DNA from: Sphagnum compactum
Taxonomy: Eukaryota
Assembly (NCBI GenBank): GCA_965153455.1
Contig: OZ234493.1
Coordinates: 15,056,213-15,120,212 of the forward strand
Direction of reading: 5' to 3'
DNA length: 64,000 nt
In this document: in pieces, positions 1 through 14,520 of the stretch
Position numbering within the stretch: the stretch's first letter is position 1
Layout: every line of letters begins with the position of its first letter
Program-made: the position numbers and the translations under genes
The notes under the pieces: model-generated
What the model was told of the DNA's origin: nothing
The model's input: the letters and a program-made list of their open reading frames with translations, nothing else
The model's database searches: none

Positions 1-333
1 AGGCTAGTAGTTTACTTACATAGTGCATTAATTTTCCCCATGTTAATGTCCCTTCACCTGGGTATGGACAAATTTATAGTATTTTTTCAGATGACCAAAG
101 ATATGACGTGACTATTGGAAAATTTCCCTAGATGCTCATGTGTTTATTTTGTCAAAATGTTGGCAGGTTCTTTGGGTGTTTGTGGGGTGTATGTGCATTG
201 TAAACATGTGTATCACATCTTGCAAACGATCATGTTCTGTGGGCTCATGGAAAAGTTCATTCATCATTGCACATGGAGTTGGGATGAAGTTCAGTGTTTG
301 TTGAAGTGCTCCAAAGTTTTTGAATTCTTGTGA
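1..333 (+). pseudogene. 3' end of a decayed SWIM zinc-finger ORF, probably transposon-derived
   Basis: Translation YDVTIG/NFPRCSCVYF...VHCKHVYHIL has the CxC-xn-CxH SWIM pattern. A frameshift lies near 118 and the ORF runs off the window start. Confidence 0.6.
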
Positions 334-1670
334 TAGTACATCATCTCATTCATAAACCTCTTTGTAACTGGCTAGATTATGCTTGAAGTTTAGATACTAG
401 TTTTGGCCCATTCATTATGTTCTCCACTTTGTAGCTTTTGAATCATTGTAGAGTGATGTTTATGTATGTATAATACTTCGGCCATTTCAACACATGTTTG
501 TCAAATATTTAATATATTTTGAGAAGTTAATTTTTATCAAATATATGTCAAGTATGCAATTCCCACCCATTTCAACATTTTTAAAATATTGTAATTATTA
601 TTGAAAAGGATTAGACATTTGGAGCATTGTTTGGACGAGGGATGATAAAATGCATCAGGTTAAATTAACAAGAATGCTTTCAAACGTTCACACAATGCTA
701 TTGGATGAAAGCACGTTACATTATCCATAAAATGTTATCACAAGGCAATTTTTGCAAGATTTTGAACTTTGTAATTGGCCATGTGATTAAATATAATGGA
801 CTAAAATGAAAAGGGACTCAACACTACAATGTTATATATATTATAATCACATTGTATGAATTTCATAGATAGTTTTTGAACAACCATAACATAATGGACT
901 TTCAAAGGAGTAACCAAAAACCTATAACAGTCCATAATCAATGAGTATGGACTCCATGCACCTTCATATAATGTTTTTTAATGAGTAAAGGACTCAATGG
1001 TAATATGATGTGATAACATTGATACCAAGGAAGATGTTCTGGAAGGATTTTGATGATCAAATTTGTCTATGTACCTTTAATTATTAAGGCCTTTATTGAA
1101 CAAAAATAATAGTTTAGAAGTTCATATTTCAAAATGAGGTTCTCCATAAGGTAAATTAGGATTAAAAATTTTCTTATAACAAATTTCTAATGATAACTTG
1201 TAAAACGATTTGTGTGATTCAAGGTATCCTGCTTTCACATTACCTTCACAATGTTAATTTATGCAATTATGGACTTCCACATGTGCCTAAAAGTGTTACA
1301 CTTTAATGTGCTTTCACTTGTTGTTGACGACTTTCTTGGCCAAACCCATGTTCAAAGTCAATAAGCCATTGTTCATCTCAAAACAAACCATGGATGTGAT
1401 GTGGCAATTATTCTAGGGCTTATTAAAGAATATTTTGCCATGTCATAGAATATTATGTGAGGTAGCAAAATATTTTGTCATGTCACATGATATTCCGTGA
1501 TGTGACAAAATATTTTGCCACCTCATTTAATAATATCCACGTGGCAAAATAATATACTAATAATATTCCATGATGTGGCATGGAATATTTTTTAAGATTC
1601 CTTTCTTACTCACCCGAACAAGTTCGCCTACTCATGTTCACTTGCTCGCCCACTAGCATCGTTGGGTGTT

Positions 1671-2380
1671 GGAAATGTGAAACCACATGTTAGTTGGTTA
1701 CACCTTATAATGGTTGGACCATTGCTTTTCTCTATCAAATGTATGTCATATTACTTTGCTTTACTTCTTTAGAGCCTTTTATCTTACATGATTTTGTAGC
1801 AAACCAACATCAAATTGGTGTAGATCGTGACCTATTCTAGGTATATTGAAGCTAATTGATGTGATTCATAGTCTAGGCAAAGCCGGATATGGGGTGTTTG
1901 GGTGTTGTGGTTGGAGGAAACAATGTTAAGCAACAAACACACTCTACTTAGCAAACGACAACTCACAATGTAGTAGGTAGTGCACTACTTGCTTCTTGTC
2001 TACCATAATATTAGCAACAAGGGAACAAGCCTGCTTCATTCTTCCTTTCCAATATTTCCCAAAATATTTAAGCATGGTATATTACTCCTTGTCATGAACT
2101 ATTGTATCACTTGCCAAGCTGTGAAGTCACATTAAGTTTTGTTTCAGTGCATGAACCCCAATTGGTTAATTCTATGTGGATGAATTGTCAAATCCTTGAA
2201 ATCAAGAGAATTTTTTCTTAACGAATCTTCTAATGAGGTTGTGAGCAACCACTTTGACATAAACAGTAAGTGATTTTGTATGTGCTTTTACAGGTTTTTC
2301 TTTGGGTGGCTTTGGTCTTAGTGAAGTTACAGAAGATTAAAGCCTTCTTCAAGAAGTTGTCACTATAGTTTTCTATCTTT
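1671..2380 (-). repeat. Diverged direct copy of 51407-52118 (putative viral L-gene relic, EVE-C family)
   Basis: Colinear with 51407-52118 (e.g. caccttataatggttggaccattg vs caccttacaatggctggaccattg; accataatattagcaacaagggaacaagcctgcttcattcttcctttccaatattt shared). Many differences are C>T or G>A. Confidence 0.9.
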
Positions 2381-3312
2381 GTTATATAATCCACCTTCAC
2401 TTCTCTCACACATGTTTTTTTCTTTTCTAAATTCATTCATTAGTCACTTGCTTTTATATCATTATTGTATCAACCTTTTTTCTCCAAAAACAAGAGGCAA
2501 TTAAATTCTCTCTAGTGATGTAAAAGGCAAGCTTACCAATGGAGAAGCCTTGCCATGTCAGTAGGTTGTGAATGCCAAGTACCGACCTCTAATGTCCAAT
2601 TTTGTGCATCTTTAGTTCATAATGTACTTTGGTTTGACATGGTCATGGCAACAAATGTGGGTTGAATTCCACTATTGCAACTACTATGCTTTCATAACAA
2701 TGTATGTTGTAGTATTACTTAGTAAGTTTTTTCAAATTATGGTTGTCAAAGTAAAAGTACTAACTATTTTTTCTGGGAATCTATTTAGAGGAGGTGTTAC
2801 AAGCGGTTGTTGTTAGTGTTGATTTGTTTGACAGCACGTATCTGTGAACCATGGATTATGATTCAACAAATTGTTAAGCTTTAGTTCCATAATTTTCCTT
2901 AGTAATAATTATTTGAATCCTTATAAACCTCCAAGTAATAATTATTAATAGTTGAATTAGCCTTTGGATATTTCCAAGTGTAGAGAACTTCTTTATTTAA
3001 GATGATGTAACGTTTAGTTAGTTTTAAGACCTAGTAAACCTTTTAAAGTGCATTATCCTTTTAGGTTGTAGAGAGGTGAAAAAGGATGTAGAATTAAATG
3101 TGATTTTACTGATATATTGGGAATACAAGCCCATAATTAATAGTAATTTTGCCATGACAATATTAAATTAGTCTATAAAATAATCTTCAAGCACTAATGA
3201 TGTACTTGTAAGATTTCTAGGATGTAGTCCTAATACATCTTTATTTAGTTTTCACTTTTATTAGACTTTCAAATAGAATCAAAATCAAACTTAAGTACTA
3301 ACATTTTCACCT

Positions 3313-3987
3313 GAGTAGCCTCAAGTGAATTACAACTTAGTAAACGACTTAAAGGGGATAGATCACAATTGCAAAAATCTAAAATGTGACGAATGGTGTG
3401 AGCTAGGTATTTGACTCGATGCTCCATGGAAAGGGGGTTGATTGGGCCTTATAACCAACGATAATGGCCATCATCGGGAACTCAAGTTCGACAATGAAGA
3501 CGAACATCATCGTCTTCACATTGTCACTTTTCAAACCTTTCTAGCGCAGTTCCACGAACAGGAACAAATTCTAAATAGATTCCTAAGGCATGTGGGTTAG
3601 GAGACAATCAACGATCCCATGCCAAACGATCAATTCGAGTGCGCATCATTCTTTTGGACGGTTTTTCTTCACGCAACCGTTGAAAGACATTCACGTCAAG
3701 CGGTGTTTCGTCAAGTGGTGCTTCTTTAAGCTCTTCCTTTTCTACTAATGCAACTAGAAGATTCGAGGGCGTAGCAACATCATCCGCCATGACAAAAATT
3801 TCACTTGCATCAACAAAAATGGAAGGGTAGCCGAAACAATTTGGCGCTTGCATTCGAAGGGGGTCGTTGTCTTTATTCAAGAAATTAGGGTAGGCGTAAG
3901 GCGTGGTAGCGATGGCGAAACTTTGTGAAAACCCGGACATCTTAGTTCCAACAAATTCGTGAAGCCCTAATATCGACAATGGATCTA
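3313..3987 (-). pseudogene. Decayed exon-like ORF of unknown origin, likely transposon
   Basis: 123-aa open frame 3608-3979 continues through stops. Bounded by a tttag acceptor near 3987 and a cag/gtgaa donor near 3313. GC is higher than in the flanks. Confidence 0.3.
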
Positions 3988-5883
3988 AAAGTACATAAGA
4001 ACCTTTGTAATTAAAAATTTAATTTTAATTTATTATGTACTACATAATTATTTAGTACACGGTAAGGAATAACTAAGGAATATTAAAAGAGTAAATGGTG
4101 CACGAAAAGGTTATTACTATCGTTGAGTTGATTTAATCAAACGGGAACTCAAGGATGGTTACTTATTACTACTTGTAAATTATCCCAATGGTTAGTTATT
4201 TAGAATAGTTAGGATGAAGAAGTAGGATGTTAAGTCAAACAGACAAAATTAACAATGATTGAACTCAAAAACCCCATCAAAATATCCAAAATAAGGAAAA
4301 GGATGAGTCCTCCAATTACATTGGTCATGAGAATTATCATCCTATTTGATTGGAAAATAAAACCTTCTTAGTGTTTCATTGAGCATAAGGATTCTCATCC
4401 TAAATTCCATAGGAAAGAAAAATCATTTTCGATTCTTATTGGTTCATGAAAGATGAGGAGGTCATTGATTGGAGGGAAGGATTTCCAAACTTCCATTGGA
4501 CAAGGAGAACAAGTTCAAGGAGGGGTCATGGGAGGCTTACCAAGAATAATGGTATCTTGTGTGTTTTTTGGGGGGAAAAGGAAGAGAATGAATGTGTGAA
4601 AGAAAAATTAGTTCTTATGTGTGAGAAAGTGTTGTTCATGAAAAAAATGTGTGCAAACAAAAAGCATGGAAGGAAGTTGTGTGTAGCAAGTAGTTGTAGT
4701 GGGGTTCATGGAAGGATTTCCATGAACAAGCCTTTGGATTCTTATTTAAAATATTTTTTCCTCTCAAATCCACCATTGTATTTGTCTCAAACTTTAAACA
4801 GTTTCAGTTTAAGAGGTGTAAAATGTTCTCCCAAAATTTTTGCATCATCGGGTTTGCTACACGGAAGCTACACTTGCCAGAAGTAGAGGGGGTTGAAACT
4901 GTCTGTTTTTTTCTCAAATTTGGTCAAAATAGTTTTTTTTTGTTTCGAGGCATAACTTTTGATTTCGGAAATAAAAATTTATAATATTTTGTAACATTAC
5001 TCCTTTTAAGATTAACTTTTCGAAAAAACCAATGCATATTAGATTAAGAGGTTGTATGAAGATATTATGACGAATGGAACGAAGGGGAGTCAATCATCAA
5101 GCGTGAACATGGATTTAACATCAACATAATGTTCCTTCACATTTCATCATGGTGAGTTTTGATTCTCCCACAATGTTTTGGTATCTTCCAAGTGGACACA
5201 ACGCATTAGATTATTAGTGAACTTCATTACATTACATTGAACCACCTTAACTTGTTAGAATACAACTACATAGTAGTTCCACCCCCAAGTGAATTTTGTG
5301 AGTGCACATCTTCATGTGGAAGGTGTGTAAGAATTCCTCACAGTATCCTTCAATTTTGTAATGTAATTTGACATGAAAAAGGAAATGTTTCTAAACAATT
5401 AGGTGGACGACTTTAGTTTTTTGTTGTGTTTGTTAGTGTAGATTATGTTGTTATGTGGCAAATTAGATTTGGTTTGGATCTTAAAAATCAATTGGAAGGT
5501 TGTTAAAAGTTCTCCTCTAAAGAATTTTATAGGAGTTCACAATAGACTTGATAGCTCCATTGTACAAGGTAATCCATCGCAATGTTTACAAGAGGAAATC
5601 CTTGTTTAAAGTAATTTTCCTTAATTTTACTTTAGATACCTTCACATGTTTATAATGGGGGGTTATGCCATGACCTTTCTTGTCACAATGGAGGACATCC
5701 TTAGGAGCTTTGCCAACAACTAGTCCCCCTTGGATCGCTCAAATCCCACGAATGAATGGTGACTATCAAATCTTGGTAATTGAATGATGGTCAGCTGACA
5801 TTCATATGTGATTGAAAATGTATTTGATGCATTGGAAACTTGACACACCTACTCACTATAATATTTGTTTGTTTTACAAACAA

Positions 5884-6022
5884 ATCAAGTTACTAGAGTG
5901 GGCAAATGACTTGCAAATGCATCCTTTGAAAGGATATGGAGAAGCTTTCAACTATCACATGGGGGTGCCCGTCCTCAAGGATGTTGTTCAAAGCATGGAT
6001 CACGCAATGGCAACTCTAAAAG
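5884..6022 (+). pseudogene. Isolated exon of a MINPP-like histidine acid phosphatase (multiple inositol polyphosphate phosphatase)
   Basis: IKLLEWANDLQMHPLKGYGEAFNYHMGVPVLKDVVQSMDHAM matches the plant MINPP block LLEWxDDL...LKGYG..LNY.MGVPLL.DV..SM..A. Donor GT at 6023; acceptor decayed; no other MINPP exons seen. Confidence 0.7.
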
Positions 6023-7122
6023 GTGTGTCATTATTCTTGAACTTTCAACCTCTTGGTGCTTCCTATTGCTTGAAAAGAAAATTTTCAACGGAAAAATTGA
6101 TCTAAATTCAATTTTAATTCAACAATTGAATTAAATTCAAGTTGAATTCAATTCAATTCAAATTTAATCAAAGACAAATGGGATGCAAATTGCTAGAGAA
6201 TGTATTCAAAATCTTCATGCCTTTTCATTTGGGAATGGGCTAAATAAATTTTAGTTTGGAACTGTCATGTCATTACACGTGGAGATAATAATTTCATTGT
6301 AATCAAAAAAAAATTCGTGAATATTGTTTTGGCCATTAATTTAATTTGAAATTATCAGTCTAACATTAACTTTCCTTCAAATAATGAGCAAAGATAAACT
6401 GCATTCCTCCCCCTTATAATTGCACATTTTTTTCTCAATTTTTTTGTGAAAGCATTACAATCAACTAGTAATTAATAATGATGCATGTCACCCATAGGTT
6501 GGTGTGAATTGACTCTTGCACTATGTGGAATGTTAATTTTTTCTAAAGTGAAAAGGGCCTTTATATGTTTTCTTGCACCTACAAATGGATTAATGATTGT
6601 ATTTTAGATCTTGTTCATGTATCAAATGTATGTCATATTATTCTTGTTAGCTGGGATTCCGGTTATGACCAAGTGAGAAGGAAAGGATGTTTTTAATTCA
6701 TGGTGTGTAGTTTCTATTGAATCTGAACTGAAATTGCTCTTTGATAGTTATGCCACATCTATATAGTTGTGCACTTGCTTGTGATGTAAACCAAAATAGT
6801 CCATAACAAATCTTCCATTGTGTGGTTCCTTATGCAAACACGTAGATAATAAATTTCCTTATTAGTTTCTAAATAATACTACATAACATTAATTTTGTAA
6901 AACTAATTGTTGTAAGGCCAAAAAACCCAAATTGATACCCAAAATTAAATGTAACATGCTTTTGGATAATTATGCTATATGTATTATAATACTAGACCCA
7001 AAAGTGTCCCAAAGGGGGTCACCATAATCTGCTTTCACCTTGTAGGTAGTGTTTGAGTTGCACTAGGTATAATCCCTACAAGGATTGAGGTTCAATTCCC
7101 CCTTAACTACTTGTTATTGTAG

Positions 7123-7204
7123 GTGTGTATGCAAACAATTAAAAATGGGCATCTATGAAGGTGACCATGTTGTGATTCAACATGCTAGTGATGTCATTCC
7201 ATGG
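7123..7204 (+). pseudogene. Isolated 82-bp exon resembling the OB-fold motif of NAD-dependent DNA ligase (LigA)
   Basis: ttgtag acceptor and GTAAGT donor flank CVCKQLKMGIYEGDHVVIQHASDVIPW, similar to the LigA motif (L/I)xxGDxVxIxRAGDVIP. Confidence 0.5.
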
Positions 7205-10200
7205 GTAAGTCTTATGTAAGGTTCTAGAGAAAAATCTTTTTCAAAATTATCAGTTATGTATCTTTGATTCCATTTTTCTTTTATTAGTTGCTTCTAGTCA
7301 TCCAAGCAACTGGGCTTTGGATTCAATTATATTTGTGTTCATTTTCATGTTCAATAAAAACAAGGAGACTTGAATGCATTGAATAGCTGCATGAGAATGG
7401 AATGACTTAGATTGATATAATATTGCAACTCCAAGAGTTGTCTTTGCTTGTAATTTCCTCTTTAGGTCTCCAACTCAAACCTTCACATCTGGTGTTCATT
7501 CTTGCAAGTGGTGTAGGTTTTAAAAAAATTAAGGTTAACAGGTGTGCAATTGTGGGTGCCACCAAATACATGTCCATGGTGTGGTGGGGAACTAACTACA
7601 ACTAAGGATAAGCATGTAACAAATTGTTGTAATTCAAAATGCCCAGGTCATCATTTTTGTCATTAACTTGTTCACTATCTTTGTTTTCCCCTTTTTCTTT
7701 CCTTAGTGTTATTTTTTTTTAGAATACAACTGCATTAACATTGATTCCACAATGAATGAACGTGTAGATTGAGCATTTTGCCAAATGTCTAATCCATGGC
7801 TTTGGTTTCTTTAACCTGCACCAACTTCAAGATGAGGGGTTAACGAGTGATCTTTCTAATTTTTACACTTTGACCACTAAGGTCATATCAAAGTTCGATG
7901 GCCTTGGAAAGAAAAATGCTAAGAAGTTAGTGAAGGCAATCTAGGTTAGTCCCTCTTGGTATTTCTATTCAAGTTTTGTAGATGTATGAGATGTTGGTGA
8001 AGGCAATTTAGGTGAGCCCCATTAAGTGTTTGTACACATTTGTTGTTAATGTAAATTTCACCTTTAGGTAGGTTTCTAAATAGAAATACGACACAATTTT
8101 GCAGGTTCGTAATCATAAATCGTTGTGGGAGCTGATAGTTGCATTGGGCATCCTGATTGTTGGCAATGTGGCAACTAAGTTGTTGGAAAAATGGTTTGGG
8201 AGCCTGGACTTGCTACTTTTTGCAAAAGGAAAGGAATTTCTACATATTCTTGGTCTCTCTTTCATTGTCATTGCTAGTCATTGGTGTAAAGGCAATGCAT
8301 TTTCTATCAATTTTTTCCATAACAAGATTTGTTATAATAGAAGGATGCACTTAAGTTCAAAATTAAGCTTTCAATATTGAAGGTTTTATGGGACCTATTC
8401 CATTGTTGGTTTTGATTTGATCCATTCTTTTGTATCTATTGCAAATTCTTTCTTTATACACAATAAGCAATAATTTTTGTCACTAAATAATTTCTTATTG
8501 TGTAGGCATAGCTAGGATATCAGGAGTTGCTATCAAAGAATGGTGCTTTAACCCATTCAATATTTAGTTTGTGAACAAATTCCAAGAAGCAAAATACCAT
8601 CTATTAGGAATCCAAAGATATAATAGTTCACAAATAGGGATATCATTTTTATACATGTGCTAACCATGGAGTTTGAAGATAAAGTTCATACGAGTAATGA
8701 AGATTCTTTATAAACAAACTCACTACATTCTAGTACTGAATTAGATCTAGAATCAAAGTTGCAGGGCAAGGTTGTTGTAATAATAAGGGAGTTCAAGGAA
8801 TTCAATCTTGAAGAAGTTGAATAGTTTTCCAAGCTATTGGAGGACAAGTGGGTGAAAGTATGATTGGGTGGTACCACAAGGAACATCACACTTTAATTTT
8901 TCAAGACCCATCAAGCTTTGGAAAAATATAGGAAACACATAAAGAAAGGTTTTTACTAATTGTTTTTGTTGAATACAGTAACTAAGTTGTATAGATTTTG
9001 AAACTTCAATAATGCAAAAAATATTTTGAATTTTGTTGTTCTTGTTCATTACATTCACACAAAGTTTTAGGAAAATAATAGTGATTATGTTCCTTAAACT
9101 TTTTGGTTAGGAACATTTTTCAAACAAGGTTTGGGGTATTCTTTTGTGGATATAATTTTCCAAGGTACTTTAAATGGTATTCTATTTGATATATTTATTG
9201 GGTAATTATTTGAGTAGGTATAATTTAGTTATGAATTTTCAAACTTTAAGAACTTGATTCCTAAAGGGGCCACATCAATAAGGAATACACAATTGTAATG
9301 ATTTCCACCTTTTGTTATTGTATTGGAAACTTCAATCCATATACTTTGGCATGCAATAAATAAACATGAGAAAAATAATAATTTATAATTATCAAAACAT
9401 TTTTAAAAAAGGGCCCAAGAATATTATTTAGTTAATTTTTGTTCCTTGATCGTCCTTTGAAGGTGTTCCTAGTGGATCCACCTAATCATACTTTCATTTG
9501 AGTCCACAAGTCAGTAAGTGTTTCCATATTTAGAACCAAGTAGAGAATCCAAGATAAAGCATTAGCACATTAGAATGGAATGGGGGCACTACCTTGTTAT
9601 ATGGTTTGTTTTGTTTAAATTTTTATGTGCATGTGCAAATAAGTGAAGTTTATAGGGAATAATACATCACTAGACTAACTCATCTTCTCAAATGGAAAGT
9701 AACAACTAAGACAACATTTATGATTGCTGGTGAAAATATTAAACCAATTAAAATGACAAGGGCATTGCAACTAGGAATTAAAGTACATGATATTGTGTTT
9801 TAAAAAAAGCTTCTTGAATTGAATCTATTGTTTGATGATCAAACTTTAAGAGATCATACATTTGAGCATGATGTGTTTAGTTGAACATCTTTGGCAAATT
9901 ATATATGTAATATTTTGCCCCTTCAAGGTTTCATTTGCCATTGAAGAACAAGAATTTCCAAAAATGAATTCAATGATGATATCATTCCAAATGACAAATT
10001 TTCAAGGTGTAAAATAGTGCAATTTGTGCTTGGTTTTCTACCAAGCAAATGGTATGTGAAGAGTATGAAGCTTTATGTTCACCATGTGTGTACCATTGAA
10101 TTGTGTTAAATGTTATATGAGTTTTTCTTGGTACCAATTTAGGCTGTTGTTTCATTGTTCGTTTCTAGCTTTAAAACAAATTTTAATATGTTTCTTAAAG

Positions 10201-12499
10201 CCAAATACCTTGTACCAAATTTTAGCATCTAGTATGGTTTATACCATTAATATGCTTCATCCTAGGCTTGACACCACATGATCAAGAGTCCACCCAAAGT
10301 CTAACACTAATTGGAGCCAAAAGAAACCATGCACCTTCCTTGATGGAAGCACCATGTGTCCATCATAAATATCTCACACATTCAGATCTTATACCCACCC
10401 AATGAAAGAAAGGTAGATTCATGCCATCATAAAGCTGAAAAATAAAAATTCCGTGTCATTTTGCCTTTTGACTTCAAACTTCAAACTCAAATTCCTCAAT
10501 TCAAATATAAGAAGCTGCATCATTATTGACCTTCTTGTGAAAAAAAATAAAATTATGGCTTAGAAATTAAACATATCAAAGATGTACGATATAATTTTGT
10601 GTTGGACAAGTAAGGCATTATTTTTCAATTTTCAAATCCCTAACAAGCTATAACACAAAACTACACTAGCATGAGCTCAAGATGTAGCACAATTTTAATA
10701 TCAACAAACTCAAACCCAACATACCTACTCAATAAGGCATCTGGGCATTTCATAGTAGTAATATAGGTAGCTTTGGATTTCATGAAATATTGGTGATTAT
10801 ACAATAGAGTGTAAATTGACAGTGTTTCACATTCAATAGCCTCAAAACTTCCCAAGTTGTTGAAGTAGTTATCGCCACCACGTTACATTGTTCAAAATCC
10901 AATAGCTACTTAGCTTGAAAAAATATATAGCCATTTGAACAAACAACACTCTTCAATTTGTTGCTAGCAAGTTACGAGCATACACAAATTATAATAGCCA
11001 AATTTAGAGAAAAATATTCTTTGTGTAGCCAATTGGATGCACCTACACCCAAAAAAAAAACCTCTTTACCATACTAGCATTCACAATTTATAACCAACCA
11101 ACCTACCTTTGGTTGCTACATTGGTTCTTGTGCACATACCTTTTCAAAAATGTATATTTTGTCTATTGACAAAAGGGTATATGATATATGTTGAAATCAT
11201 CCTTGCATCCTTGCATTAAATATGATTATAGTGGAGATCTAAATGGTTATGCTTAAGGTAATGAATACAATGTACCATGTGCCTTTGCTCAAATATGAAT
11301 TGATTAACCAATTAGATTTTCTTTTCAAAACCTTTTTTAGTAATTTGATTAAATTTCCAATGACTAAAATGACTAAAAATTCATTATCTCTTACACCTTA
11401 GGTTTAAACATTTTCAAATCACCTTCATTAAATCCTACTCAATGAGTGCTTTCCAACAACACCAAGAGTCTGCCCAAATTCCCTTATATTTTGCTTCTCC
11501 CATGTTATTTGTGTTCAAATTACTCTAATTACTTCCACAAATATCTATTTTTCTAGAATGCTCTTAGAACCCTACCTTTCCCACCGGAAGAATACCTTAA
11601 ATGTATTATTCAAAATGTTCATTGTTGATGCCTTCAATCTTGCAAAGCATTGGCATACTTTTTTTCAATGTACTTGGAGGACATATGACCAAATCAGATT
11701 TGTCTTCAACAAATGTGCGTCTAAAAGATTTCTAAAATACTATAAAAATGTGCAAGTCTATTTTCATTTGTTTCCCATGATAGTGGATAGGTAGCTTACC
11801 ATGAGATAAAAGGTAAAAAATAAAATTCGGCCAATGGTTTACGTAGGGTACCAAATGCTAGGAGGAGTAATACACCTTTTTGTCAATTTCTTTTGTAGGA
11901 CATTTAAAAATTCTATTGTGGATGGCGTGTCATGTAATGAAAATATGTTTTGACATGGAGCCATGATAGACATCCTTTTCTAGGGCTAGAATGAACTAGC
12001 TGCCACTAGTGCACCAGTTTAGGATGAGGCCATTCAAGCCATTTTGGGATGAACCCAAACACATTCAAGTAGGGCATTTTTATTTTCCTCTTCCCTTGCC
12101 CAAGGTTTTTTCGGCCTTCTTCTTGACCCTAAAGTTTTCCCTCCTACCTAGGAATTCACCCTACCTAAACCTACATCCCCTAAAACTAAATTCATTTTCT
12201 TTCCCCCATCATTAGAGCTCCATTATAGACATCAATGGAACGTTCAAGCTGTGGAGTGTTCGAGTTTTGGAGTGTCGAGTTGTGGAATGCTCAAGATGCA
12301 GAGTGCTAAGCTATGGTGATTGAGACCAACATTCAAAGGTAAGAACAACACCCATGTCTTGTTTTTTCGATCTTGTCATTTTCATGGTTTTTTTTGTTTT
12401 GATTCACAAGAGTTCCTATAGGTGTTCTTTTGTTTTTTTCATGTGTTTTTTTTTCTCCCCATCTTTGCTTCCTCACTTCTTGTTCTTACTCCTTTTAGA

Positions 12500-13110
12500 T
12501 AGGAAGATGATGGCTATGGCATCATTTTTCTCCCCGTTGTTGTTCTTGTGAAAAATAGAAGATGACATCCAATGATTTATGATCGTCATTGTTTTCACCT
12601 CCTCTTCTAGCTCCTCTTAGACACAAAAAGGATCGCACATAGATGTTTTCATGGTTTTTTTCCTCCTTGGCATTGTGCTTTTGAAAAACAAAAGACGACG
12701 ATGATCACAAAAATTGTTGTTGTCTTCACTTTTTATTCCAACTCTTCTCAGACATGAAAATGATGGCATATAACTATCATTTCCGTGTTTTTTCTCCCTC
12801 CTTGTCATTGCTCCCATGAAAAACAGAAGATGATGATCTATGATCATCATTATTTTCACCTTTTGTTTTGATTCCTTTCAAACACGAAAACAATGGCACA
12901 TAACTGTCGTCTTCATGTCTTTTATTTTCTTATTGTTGTCATTCTTGTGAAAAATAGAGGATGACGATGATCACATATATCGTCATTGTTTTCACCTTTT
13001 ATTCTTGCTCTTTTAAGAGACAAAAATGATGGCACATAACTGTTGTCTTTGTGTATTTTTTTTTCCCCGTTATTATTCTTATGAAAAATTAAAGACAACC
13101 AGATCATGGC
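12500..13110. repeat. Degenerate ~133-bp tandem repeat, about 5 copies
   Basis: Core tgaaaaa(t/c)a(g/a)a(a/g)ga(t/c)ga recurs near 12549, 12681, 12817, 12948 and 13081, mostly followed by ttttcac and gatggcaca-like blocks. Confidence 0.7.
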
Positions 13111-13854
13111 TATTTTTTGTCATCATCTTTTATTAATGTTCTTCTCAAAGGGAGAGTAGCTCACTTCTATGCTCTTGGTCCTTTGGAAAAGGTAGAAAAT
13201 TTAGTAAATAGACTTTCTGTTTGTTTTCTTATGTGTTGTTATTCCTTTGTTAATGTTGGTGCATTGAAAAGACTTGTCTTTGTCTTTTTAGATTTTGGAA
13301 GGACTTGTTTTGTATACTCTTAATTTTTTTTCACATCAATATGGTTATTAACTAAGGTTTTTGTTTGGATATGTAGGATTGCAATGGGTAGAAGAAGGAA
13401 ATTAAAGAAGGTTTGTTGTGATTGGAAAATTCAAAAATAAAATGTTGTTCCATTACAATTAGGAATTGGGGAACTCGGAATTGATGAAACAAGCAATCAA
13501 TGTAATTTAAAATTGGCCATGGTGGTTGTGTCCAATCCAAGTGATGAGATCCTTCCCAAAATTATAAATTGATAATTTTGATTGAGAAGTGGTAGGTTAA
13601 ATTATTTCAAAATATACATAAATTAAAATTTATTAAATGTGCACAAGAAAATATGTACAAAACTTTTAAGTTTAATTATATTCACACCTTTCATCATTTA
13701 ATGGAAGGTGTGGGATTTTTTTAAAAAAAGTTTTCATTGTAATACCTAAAAAGAAGTTAATCTTGTTTATAATACCTGCATTTTGTTGTGTAATTTTGTT
13801 TTTAAGGTTTAAGGTTAAGGTTGTTTTATTAAAAGTAAAAAATTATTTTTTGGA

Positions 13855-14520
13855 GGTTTGTGGTTCAAGTCCAGAAACTGAAATTGACCCCACTCAGCCA
13901 CCAACATCCCTTTGTCCACCTAATATTGCTCGTAAGGACAAGGAATGGAATAAGGATGAATCAAAATGGCAATGTAAAATTGATAATTGCATCGTTGCAT
14001 ATATATGTTGCCAAGTGGTTGTAAACTAAACATTTGAAGGAGGTGCATGGTTTAGTGGTAGAGAAGGCCAAATTCGGGAAGCCTTCAACTTTTAAAGGAG
14101 GTCTTTGGTATCAAAAGCATGCTAAAATGAATGTTTGCATCTTGGGAGATGCCATGGCCATGCAAAGGTAGAATGATCAAAAGGTTGCTACTCGCACTTG
14201 TGCCAAAACCCAACATGAGTGGGATGAATTAATCATTGTTGCACAATTATGTTTTGGTTAAGTTGGCTTTAGAATGATTATTACAAGTGCTAGGTCTTGA
14301 TGATTAGGGTGTGGGAAATGTGCCTCAAGATGCAACATCATGGATGGAAAAGGGCGAGGATTTACAAAAGATGATTTAGTCAACTCGTTTTGCATATGCA
14401 CAATGATTAAAAATGGCATGGGATGACAAAACCTGGGATTAGGAATCCACTAAGGCAAGCCGAACATATGAGTTGAAAGCCATATTGGATTTCCATGAAT
14501 CCAAAATGATTCATGGGAGG
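13855..14520 (+). pseudogene. Decayed C2H2 zinc-finger-containing exon, probably a transposon gene relic
   Basis: WQCKIDNCIVAY..KWL*TKHLKEVHGL (C-x4-C...H-x4-H) read across a frameshift. Multiple stops; GTAAGT donor at about 14520. Confidence 0.5.

Noticed and set aside
7046-7110. tRNA gene
   Set aside because: A GGTTCAATTCC B-box-like motif and gtagt/actac ends are present, but I could not fold a convincing D-arm or anticodon arm.
7700-8900. Decayed minus-strand coding-like region, possibly viral or transposon
   Set aside because: No recognisable motif and too many stops to call.
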